Origin: a virus
Lineage: Duplodnaviria; Heunggongvirae; Uroviricota; Caudoviricetes
Direction: 5' to 3' (one strand)
Virus record (IMG/VR): IMGVR_UViG_2778261346_000008
Coordinates: 1-11,570 of that record
Length of the DNA: 11,570 nt
The notes beneath the pieces are model-generated. The model saw only the letters and a program-made list of their open reading frames with translations, was not told the origin of the DNA and made no database searches. Positions 1 to 6,097 of the stretch are shown here, in pieces. The translations under genes were made by a program, and so were the position numbers. Within the stretch, counting starts at the first letter, position 1; the number at the start of each line of letters is the position of its first letter.

Positions 1-105
1 GACGAAAATTTAACGACAGGCTATCTATGAACCAGCTACCTCGCCGTGCGCTTTCGCGTTATGGTCTGACTTTTCAGGGAAATATCCTTTCAGTAAACTG
101 TCAGT

Positions 106-155
106 GCCGGATGCTCACCCGTGTCCGGCGCAAGCACTCCACCTCACCCGTGGAG
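106..155 (-). other. two adjacent stem-loops sharing the loop 10-mer CTCACCCGTG (plus-strand spelling)
   Basis: GCCGGA(106-111)/TCCGGC(124-129) and CTCCAC(137-142)/GTGGAG(150-155) are perfect 6-bp inverted repeats; CTCACCCGTG occurs at 114-123 and 144-153. Lies 3' of the leftward small-gene cluster. Confidence 0.4.
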
Positions 156-194
156 AACTCCTTAATTACCAACCTTAGCTTCGTTGGTTAGCTA

Positions 195-413
195 TTAACG
201 CGGGTATGTAATCATTCTGGCAATGGTTAATGCCGCTGCTTTTTCCAGATTGGTGATATCCTGCTCCAGAGAGGACAGATTTTCAGCCTGCTTAGCCCTG
301 ACTTCATTAGCCCATTTCAGATCCTGCGCTGCATTAATTTTCTGGTGCATCCACTCATAAAGTTCATCATTGGTATAGTCTGGCGCGATGATGACGGGTT
401 CTCGTTTCTGCAT
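195..413 (-). CDS. hypothetical small prophage protein (72 aa)
   Basis: ATG at 413..411 with GAGGAA about 6 nt upstream on minus strand; TAA at 197..195; co-oriented and tightly spaced with the two small genes upstream. No family recognised. Confidence 0.55.
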   Translation of the reverse strand: MQKREPVIIAPDYTNDELYEWMHQKINAAQDLKWANEVRAKQAENLSSLEQDITNLEKAAALTIARMITYPR

Positions 414-442
414 ACTGATTCCTCGCGGTGCTGTTTCGCTTA

Positions 443-571
443 TCAGCCATTAGATTTTGCCGAACTGGAAAGCACCTGTTTAAATTCGTTGAAGCTGTGA
501 GCTTCTTCGCCTTCGGCAAGGCCTTCGAAGTATTCTTCGTAAGCCTTTTCCATGATTGTGTCGAAATCCAT
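443..571 (-). CDS. hypothetical small acidic protein (42 aa, MDFDTIMEKAYEEYFEG...), possibly YdaG-like by position
   Basis: Not in the ORF track (<60 aa). ATG at 571..569 preceded by AGGTGG; stop TGA at 445..443; start lies 1 nt after the stop of the upstream gene (TGATATG on minus strand). Confidence 0.45.
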   Translation of the reverse strand: MDFDTIMEKAYEEYFEGLAEGEEAHSFNEFKQVLSSSAKSNG

Positions 572-572
572 A

Positions 573-728
573 TCACCCACCTGAATTTCTTTCCAGCCAG
601 CGACGCGCTCCAGATTCGGTTTTAAACGTTTTGCTTTTGGTATACGTCATTGCGGTGAACGTACCGTCCTGGTTGGGGAACACGCCACATACCAGAGATT
701 CGCTGTTGCCAAGATCGATAGTATCCAT
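573..728 (-). CDS. hypothetical small protein (51 aa, MDTIDLGNSESLV...), possibly YdaF-like by position and size
   Basis: Internal ATG at 728..726 of the 78-aa track ORF has a GAGG Shine-Dalgarno about 5 nt upstream; the track start at 809 lacks a comparable RBS; stop TGA 575..573. Confidence 0.45.
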   Translation of the reverse strand: MDTIDLGNSESLVCGVFPNQDGTFTAMTYTKSKTFKTESGARRWLERNSGG

Positions 729-909
729 GCTGACCTCATTTCCCCTTAACGCCGGGGTAGCGGAACAAAAACCTGCTGCATAGTTATTAAAGTTGAACCC
801 TGCCGTCATGTTCTTACGCCTCGGGCTGGCTACTTAACCCCTGACCACTGCCTGGTAACTCGAGGTATTGCCCTGTATTGTGTGGGACGGGATGGGTTGG
901 TATGGGAAA

Positions 910-938
910 ACTATAGGAAATGCCTAATTACTTGTCAA
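910..938 (-). promoter_or_regulatory. PL-like leftward early promoter with operator
   Basis: On minus strand: TTGACA (938..933), 17-nt spacer, TATAGT (915..910). Embedded in a 21-bp element (932-952) that is the exact reverse complement of 1577-1597 on the other side of the repressor gene. Confidence 0.6.
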
Positions 939-1046
939 TAGGCTATGCCTAATAATTTGGGCGCAACCTAATAGGTGATGGTTTGTGGAAGAGGTAGTAG
1001 GAGTTAACTAACGGGAACTAGGAATTTCCCGTCGGACCATATAAGT

Positions 1047-1523
1047 TTAAGTTCCTGTCTTGGTGATGTTCTGGCTTTTCCGTTTTGATTCTTGATTTTT
1101 CAGATAGTTAGCTACCTTCATTTCCATTGCGGCAATGTAGGCGCGAACGTCATGATCAACCCAACTAGGCTCCGTAGCATTTCCAGATAAGATGAAAGCC
1201 ACAATTGCTCTTTTTTCATCAGAGGCGGCTTGATAAAGGCTGTTTATGTCTAAAAGTTCACTTTTTGTATCTGAAGTGGATGGGGTTGGTATGGGGTATT
1301 CGTTAAGCCCCCAATGCTCTGGACCAACCACATCAGAAAAGAAACGCCATAGTTCTGGAAGTTTGTCTTTACTTATCGAACCTTTCTTAATCCAGTCATG
1401 GATTGATGGTGGTTGGACTTTGAAATGACGTGCGATTTCCGCCTTTGATTTGACGGCTCCTGATGCAATTTTTTTGTTAATGGCCTGCTCTATCGCTCGG
1501 CCTAAGTCTTTACCACTAAGCAT
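1047..1523 (-). CDS. racR: cI-like prophage repressor, RacR-like (158 aa)
   Basis: ATG 1523..1521 with AGGAGA upstream; HTH-like segment AEIARHFKVQPPSIHDWIKKG near N-terminus; divergent from a Cro-like gene; flanked by inverted operator modules. Identity to Rac RacR is from memory of the sequence and the ydaS/ydaT synteny. Confidence 0.7.
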   Translation of the reverse strand: MLSGKDLGRAIEQAINKKIASGAVKSKAEIARHFKVQPPSIHDWIKKGSISKDKLPELWRFFSDVVGPEHWGLNEYPIPTPSTSDTKSELLDINSLYQAASDEKRAIVAFILSGNATEPSWVDHDVRAYIAAMEMKVANYLKNQESKRKSQNITKTGT

Positions 1524-1576
1524 TGCTTAATAGTCTCCTATGCGTATCGCGTTAGGCAATCCCTACTCTCGATGTG

Positions 1577-1620
1577 TTAGGCATAGCCTATTGACAATTT
1601 CATTAGGCTAAGCCTAATAT
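1577..1620 (+). promoter_or_regulatory. PR-like rightward early promoter with operators
   Basis: TTGACA 1591-1596, 18-nt spacer, TAATAT 1615-1620; TTAGGC half-sites at 1552-1557, 1577-1582, 1603-1608 and palindrome TTAGGCTAAGCCTAA at 1603-1617. Confidence 0.6.
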
Positions 1621-1648
1621 TGTTGCGTGTTTTTTTGGAGTTCATTCG

Positions 1649-1972
1649 ATGAAAAAAGATAACTATTCATTCAAACGAGCTTGTGCTGTTGTCGGTGGGC
1701 AATCAGCAATGGCTAGGCTTTTAGGTGTATCTCCTCCAAGCGTAAATCAATGGATCAAAGGTGTACGTCAGTTACCTGCTGAGAGATGTCCTGCGATTGA
1801 ACGAGCAACAAAAGGTGGTGTCCTGTGTGAAGAACTTCGTCCTGATGTTGATTGGACATACTTACGACGCTCGTCATGTTATTCGCAGAATATGTCGATG
1901 AAGCAACCAAATGACGAAAACGATCATACCCGAAGCATCAAGAGGCAAATGATTCATGAAAATCAAACATGA
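1649..1972 (+). CDS. ydaS: Cro/YdaS-like HTH regulator (107 aa)
   Basis: ATG 1649 with GGAG 9 nt upstream; HTH-like segment QSAMARLLGVSPPSVNQWIKG; divergent from the repressor; 3' end overlaps next gene start. Confidence 0.65.
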   Translation: MKKDNYSFKRACAVVGGQSAMARLLGVSPPSVNQWIKGVRQLPAERCPAIERATKGGVLCEELRPDVDWTYLRRSSCYSQNMSMKQPNDENDHTRSIKRQMIHENQT

Positions 1973-2381
1973 GCACATCCGCATGGCGATGAATGCCTGG
2001 GCATACCCTGATGGTGAGAAAGTTCCTGCAGCTGAAATAGCCCGGACTTATTTCGAACTGGGGATGACGTTCCCTGAACTGTACGACGACAGCCATCCGG
2101 AAGCCCTGGCCCGTAATACCCAGAAAATTTTCCGTTGGCTGGATAAAGACACCCCTGATGCTGTTGAAAAAATGCAGGCTCTGTTACCGGCGATCGAAAA
2201 GGCGATGCCGCCTTTGCTGGTGGCCCGTATGCGCAGCCACAGTTCTGAATATTACCGTGAGATCGTCGAACGGAGGGATCGGCTGGTGAAGGATGTCGAT
2301 GATTTTGTTGCGTCAGCGGTTGTTTTGTATGACCAGATGAATCGCGGCGGCCCGGCAGGGAATGCTGTGGTGATGCACTAA
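1956..2381 (+). CDS. ydaT: YdaT-like prophage early protein (141 aa)
   Basis: ATG 1956 overlapping the ydaS 3' end; size and position match the Rac ydaS-ydaT pair. Assignment by synteny and recollection. Confidence 0.6.
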   Translation: MKIKHEHIRMAMNAWAYPDGEKVPAAEIARTYFELGMTFPELYDDSHPEALARNTQKIFRWLDKDTPDAVEKMQALLPAIEKAMPPLLVARMRSHSSEYYREIVERRDRLVKDVDDFVASAVVLYDQMNRGGPAGNAVVMH

Positions 2382-2403
2382 AAGCACGGTGTTCGGGGGT
2401 TTT

Positions 2404-3366
2404 ATGAGCAGCAAGCTTCATGGTCTTGTCTGGGAAGGGTGCGCCTTCACCGGCATGATCTTATCCAGGGTGGCGGTTATGGCCCGTCTTGCAGACTACA
2501 GCAATGACGAGGGCGTGTCATGGCCTGCCATTGAAACTATCCGGCGTCAGATCGGTGCAAGAAGTGAATCCACAGTGAAATCGGCTATTGCAGAACTGGC
2601 GAAAGAGGGCTGGCTGACGAAGGAAGAGCGTAAGGTCGGTGGGCGTAATGTAAGCAATATCTATCGGCTTAATGTGGAAAAACTCGAAGCAGCTGCGGCG
2701 GCGGCGCGTGAGTCATATAAACCGAAAAGAAAAATTAGCCCGGCAAAAAATGACCCGTTAACAGTTGACCCGTCAAATATTGACCCCTCAACGGTTGACC
2801 CGTCAAATTTTGATGGATCAACTGTTGATAAAAAACTGCCGATTAGGGGGCCGATGATTGACCCCGATCCGTCAGTATTAAAACCTGATCCGTCAGATAA
2901 AAGATCTTCTTGTCCGGACGCTTCGCAACCGGACCCGCAGACGGCTGAACAGGATTTTTTAACCCGACACCCTGACGCGGTTGTGTTCAGTGCGAAAAAA
3001 CGCCAGTGGGGAAGTCAGGAAGATTTGGTGTGCGCACAGTGGATCTGGGGACGAATCGTGAGTCTTTACGAGCAGGCGGCCAGCTATGATGGCGAGATCA
3101 CTAGACCGAAAGAACCCAACTGGACAGCATGGGCCAATGACGTTCGCACAATGCGGATGCTGGATGGCAGAACTCACAGACAAATTTGTGAAATGTTTGG
3201 GCGTCTCCAGCGGGATTCGTTCTGGGTAAAAAACATCATGAGTCCGGCAAAACTCCGGGAAAAATGGGATGAACTGGTTATCCGCCTGGGGCGTATGCCT
3301 GCGCAGCGTTGCGTGAATCACATTTCTGAACCGGACACTGAAATTCCGCCGGGCTTCAGGGGGTAA
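2404..3366 (+). CDS. phage replication initiator / replisome organiser (320 aa from ATG 2404)
   Basis: Track ORF starts at GTG 2389; ATG 2404 follows a G-rich RBS. N-terminal winged-HTH-like segment (GVSWPAIETIRRQIGARSESTVKSAIAELAKEGWL), Asp/Pro-rich linker encoded by tandem 15-bp repeats, Trp-rich C-terminal domain. Confidence 0.6.
   Translation: MSSKLHGLVWEGCAFTGMILSRVAVMARLADYSNDEGVSWPAIETIRRQIGARSESTVKSAIAELAKEGWLTKEERKVGGRNVSNIYRLNVEKLEAAAAAARESYKPKRKISPAKNDPLTVDPSNIDPSTVDPSNFDGSTVDKKLPIRGPMIDPDPSVLKPDPSDKRSSCPDASQPDPQTAEQDFLTRHPDAVVFSAKKRQWGSQEDLVCAQWIWGRIVSLYEQAASYDGEITRPKEPNWTAWANDVRTMRMLDGRTHRQICEMFGRLQRDSFWVKNIMSPAKLREKWDELVIRLGRMPAQRCVNHISEPDTEIPPGFRG
2751..2840. repeat. six tandem 15-bp iterons (TGACCCGTCAA-like, each with TTGAC/GTCAA dyad) followed by an A-rich tract; candidate ori
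   Basis: Units begin at 2751, 2766, 2781, 2796, 2811, 2826; related half-repeats TGA(C/T)CCG(A)TCAG at 2858-2875 and 2885-2896. Located inside the initiator gene, as lambda ori lies inside O. Confidence 0.6.
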
Positions 3367-3406
3367 GTGTTAATTTCTGGTCATGAGGTAATTTTCAGGA
3401 GGGCTT

Positions 3407-3829
3407 GTGGCAAAAGTTTTTACACAAGAAGAGCGGGAAAAAATTAAAGGGCAGGTTGTTGAACTCGTACGCCAGAGTGGGCGCGAGACGTTACGACAAC
3501 TGGAAACTAAAACTGGGGCAACAAGATATCTGATGAGCGTTCTGGCCAGAGAGCTGGTTGCCAGTGGCGATGTATACAACTCTGGTTACGGGTTATTCCC
3601 GTCTGAACAGGCGCGTAAGGACTGGCAAAATGCCCGTAAAAAGCTCTCAAGGGCAAAGCCGAAGAAACCATCTGCGGTTGATCCGGACCTTATCTGGTCA
3701 TTACCAGATGGCGAAATACGCCGCTACGACAGGCGTCTGAACATAATCTGTCTCGAGTGCCGGAAGAGCGAAGTTATGCAGCGCGTACTGGCGTTTTATC
3801 AGGGGAATTTTGAGGAGGTGGTGCGGTGA
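3407..3829 (+). CDS. hypothetical early protein (140 aa)
   Basis: GTG start at 3407 with CAGGAGGG upstream; stop TGA overlaps the next start (GTGA at 3826-3829). Confidence 0.5.
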   Translation: MAKVFTQEEREKIKGQVVELVRQSGRETLRQLETKTGATRYLMSVLARELVASGDVYNSGYGLFPSEQARKDWQNARKKLSRAKPKKPSAVDPDLIWSLPDGEIRRYDRRLNIICLECRKSEVMQRVLAFYQGNFEEVVR

Positions 3830-4080
3830 GTGAATCAAAATGCCAGGTTAATGGCAACAAGATAGAACCATGTGCAGCACTGGCAAAGTCCCTTGAGCAT
3901 GATGCTGAATACACGATGCGAAAAGGTCTGCTGATATACAAAATCTGGAATGAGAGTTTAACTCGCGGTCCTGATTTTGTGATGTTGCGTTCCGGTGAAT
4001 TTTCTAAATTACCAGTTCGGGTTTCATTTTGTCCGTTCTGTGGTGAAAGTCTGAAAACGTGGGAGAACAGAAATGAATGA
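3826..4080 (+). CDS. hypothetical Cys-containing small protein (84 aa; CPFCG motif near C-terminus)
   Basis: GTG 3826 with GAGGAGG upstream; translationally coupled to both neighbours. Confidence 0.5.
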   Translation: MSESKCQVNGNKIEPCAALAKSLEHDAEYTMRKGLLIYKIWNESLTRGPDFVMLRSGEFSKLPVRVSFCPFCGESLKTWENRNE

Positions 4081-4384
4081 AATCAAAGAAATACCAGTAG
4101 TACGTGATGAATATGGCTGCTGGACGCATCCTGAATATGAAAAATTCTGTGACGGTCGGGAATATATTTCAACGGAAGAGTTTAACGCCTGGATGGAGGA
4201 AAATAATCTTCAATACGTCCTCTGCTTCAGAGATGAAGGATGTGCTGACCTTGATGCGTGTGATGCTGATATTTCTGCATGGGAACCGGAACGACCAGAG
4301 GGCAATGGATGGTTTATTGGTTCAATACATGACACCGAAGATGGCCCGGTTTGTGTATGGCTGAGAAATAAGGCCGAAGCATAA
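4073..4384 (+). CDS. hypothetical acidic Cys/Trp-rich protein (103 aa)
   Basis: ATG 4073 with GGAGAA upstream, overlapping the stop of the previous gene; last gene before the base-composition drop. Confidence 0.5.
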   Translation: MNEIKEIPVVRDEYGCWTHPEYEKFCDGREYISTEEFNAWMEENNLQYVLCFRDEGCADLDACDADISAWEPERPEGNGWFIGSIHDTEDGPVCVWLRNKAEA

Positions 4385-4488
4385 AGGCTATAAACCGACT
4401 AACAACTAAATACTGAAGATTTAAATCAGAAACGATTTTTATTAAATCCTTAACCGGAGGGATTCCTGCACCCTCAAATCATCAGGAG

Positions 4489-4506
4489 GCCGCCCGAAAG
4501 GGCGGT
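4489..4506 (+). other. GC stem-loop with GAAA tetraloop abutting the RBS of the next gene
   Basis: GCCGCCC (4489-4495) GAAA (4496-4499) GGGCGGT (4500-4506): 7-bp stem with one G-U; no U-tract follows; 3' arm overlaps GGTGGAG and sits 10 nt before ATG 4517. Confidence 0.45.
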
Positions 4507-4516
4507 GGAGATAATA

Positions 4517-5038
4517 ATGGGAATAACTAAAGAACGATTGTTGGAAATAGCAAACCTTAGTGATTGGGCATTAAGTGATGAGAGAATTGTTTCTCCTCAT
4601 GCTTATGAGTCAGTTACAAGTATAGAAATAACAACAATGGCTAGAATGCTGCTTGGTTATTTCAAAATAGAAAATAAAAAACAGATGGATAGTAATGTTG
4701 ATATATGTGAGATTTTAGACGATTGGGGGGCTTGGGTTGTGGCTGGTAATAGTTCTATTGATTGGCAGGAAATAGCTGATAAATATAAAAATGTTGTTCC
4801 TCATGGTAAAAAATCACGTCGTCAGTGCAGCAATGATGAAGGGCGAATTATTGACATTAGTATCCTTATGTTAGAAAGATATAAGCAACAAGAATATGAG
4901 TTAATTGTTGCTCATTTCGTGATTGGTTTATCTCTTCGTGCTATTGCAAAGCAACAAGGATGTTCAGATGGAACAATTCGTAAAAGATTGCAAAAAGCCT
5001 TAGGTTTTTTGACTGGATATATAGCAATTACCAGTTAA
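4517..5038 (+). CDS. sigma-70 region-4-like HTH protein, putative transcriptional regulator (173 aa from ATG 4517)
   Basis: Track ORF starts at GTG 4505; ATG 4517 has GGTGGAG about 6 nt upstream. C-terminus ELIVAHFVIGLSLRAIAKQQGCSDGTIRKRLQKALGFL resembles ECF-sigma/LuxR region-4 HTH; AT-rich codon usage matches the island. Confidence 0.6.
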   Translation: MGITKERLLEIANLSDWALSDERIVSPHAYESVTSIEITTMARMLLGYFKIENKKQMDSNVDICEILDDWGAWVVAGNSSIDWQEIADKYKNVVPHGKKSRRQCSNDEGRIIDISILMLERYKQQEYELIVAHFVIGLSLRAIAKQQGCSDGTIRKRLQKALGFLTGYIAITS

Positions 5039-5676
5039 GAGTCAGCGGTTTTTTTACCAGTGTAATGGTATAAGGATACTCCCATGTGTCTTACATGATA
5101 TGGAAGCGCTGTTGCTGGATGCTTTGTGATACTCTTAAAGCGGAGGGGAGAGCCTTCCGCTTCAATTTCTGCGTCCGAAACGGTCGTAGAGAAAAATTCT
5201 TTCCATTCATTGAATTTTACTGCTGATTTGTCAGACTTTATATAAATTAGAATTCCTCCATGATCGTCACGTGACGTACCCGTGCCGTAACGTTCGGTTA
5301 GCTGAATCCAGCCATTATGAATAGATTTGGGGCCTCTCCATAATTTTGCTTCACCGATCCATTCGAATTTTCCGAATTGATGTTTAACTAATAAATCAAC
5401 GTGACCGCCATGTTGAGTATCATGTTCAACATCATAAAACCTACCTTTCAGGAAATTTTTGATCGACGCTGTTAGCTCGTCCTCTCCCCACTTAGCATCT
5501 TGATAGAAGTGTTTGTCATTTTCTAAATTCTGAATAGCGTCGTCTAAATCTTCATAGAGTTGCTTTACAAAAATATTTTTGTCTGCAGCTAATTTTCTTT
5601 GAACCATTCCCCTAAATTCAGGATCCATTCTAATTAATGATTGAAGGTCTGCAGTACAGATGTTTACATCACTCAT
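5035..5676 (-). CDS. PD-(D/E)xK nuclease-like protein (213 aa), third gene of island operon
   Basis: ATG at 5676..5674 with GGAGAG 5 nt upstream, overlapping the stop of the upstream gene by 8 bp (ATGAGTGA). Motif E84, hVD94LLV, 14 residues, EWIGE109AK111. Track start at 5739 has no RBS. Confidence 0.55.
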   Translation of the reverse strand: MSDVNICTADLQSLIRMDPEFRGMVQRKLAADKNIFVKQLYEDLDDAIQNLENDKHFYQDAKWGEDELTASIKNFLKGRFYDVEHDTQHGGHVDLLVKHQFGKFEWIGEAKLWRGPKSIHNGWIQLTERYGTGTSRDDHGGILIYIKSDKSAVKFNEWKEFFSTTVSDAEIEAEGSPLRFKSITKHPATALPYHVRHMGVSLYHYTGKKTADS

Positions 5677-6097
5677 GCAGACTCTCCAAAAGACTCGAAG
5701 GAGTAAAGTATGGATAAAGATACTGGCTAAAATTATCAACCAATTCGCCAGTTTCTGGATGGTAAAAACTTCCTGTGTCTAAAGCATAGGAAATAAGATC
5801 ATCTTCAACTGGTATTGGTTCTTCCGTTAAATTATCAATGTATTGAAAATGCATATCCAATAGATGTGCTTTATAGCTAGATAAATAATCAGTTGCTTTT
5901 ATTAGCAGGATATAGTCATCTTTCGTATCAGTTAGATAGGTTAAACCATTGATAAGGGTTTTGTATGTAAAGTGATTGATATTTTTAGCATCTTTACTAA
6001 CCAGAAAAAGAAAAAGATCACGACACACACTGCGAACAGGATCATTAAAATCCTGCTCTATTTGCGTGATAATGTCGTGATATATACTCTTTTTCAT
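5669..6097 (-). CDS. hypothetical acidic protein (142 aa), middle gene of island operon
   Basis: ATG 6097..6095 overlaps the stop of the upstream gene (ATGA); weak own RBS, consistent with translational coupling; no recognisable motif. Confidence 0.6.
   Translation of the reverse strand: MKKSIYHDIITQIEQDFNDPVRSVCRDLFLFLVSKDAKNINHFTYKTLINGLTYLTDTKDDYILLIKATDYLSSYKAHLLDMHFQYIDNLTEEPIPVEDDLISYALDTGSFYHPETGELVDNFSQYLYPYFTPSSLLESLHE

Noticed and set aside
27-191. 54-codon plus-strand ORF (MNQLPRRALSRYG...) spanning the twin hairpins.
   Set aside because: No convincing RBS; sequence is dominated by the hairpin-forming repeats; more likely a structured non-coding region. Cannot fully exclude a small basic protein.
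367-783. Track ORFs 367-576(-), 428-625(+), 556-783(+).
   Set aside because: Alternative-frame or antisense shadows of the two small leftward genes; no RBS and no coherent protein features.
573-809. 78-aa form of the small leftward gene.
   Set aside because: The internal ATG at 728 has a much better RBS (GAGG at 5 nt) than the start at 809.
1963-3321. Minus-strand ORFs 1963-2421 and 2959-3321.
   Set aside because: Antisense to ydaT and the replication gene; Pro/Arg/Ser-rich translations typical of shadow ORFs.
4505-5038. Considered calling the 177-aa HTH protein the Q antiterminator because of its position after the early genes.
   Set aside because: A clear lambda-Q-family protein with PR'/qut downstream is at 9568-10389; the 177-aa ORF's HTH is sigma region-4-like and it lies on AT-rich cargo DNA.
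5035-5739. Long 234-aa form of the nuclease-like gene.
   Set aside because: The 5739 start lies deep inside the upstream gene with no RBS; the ATG at 5676 has GGAGAG upstream and the usual overlap with the upstream stop.
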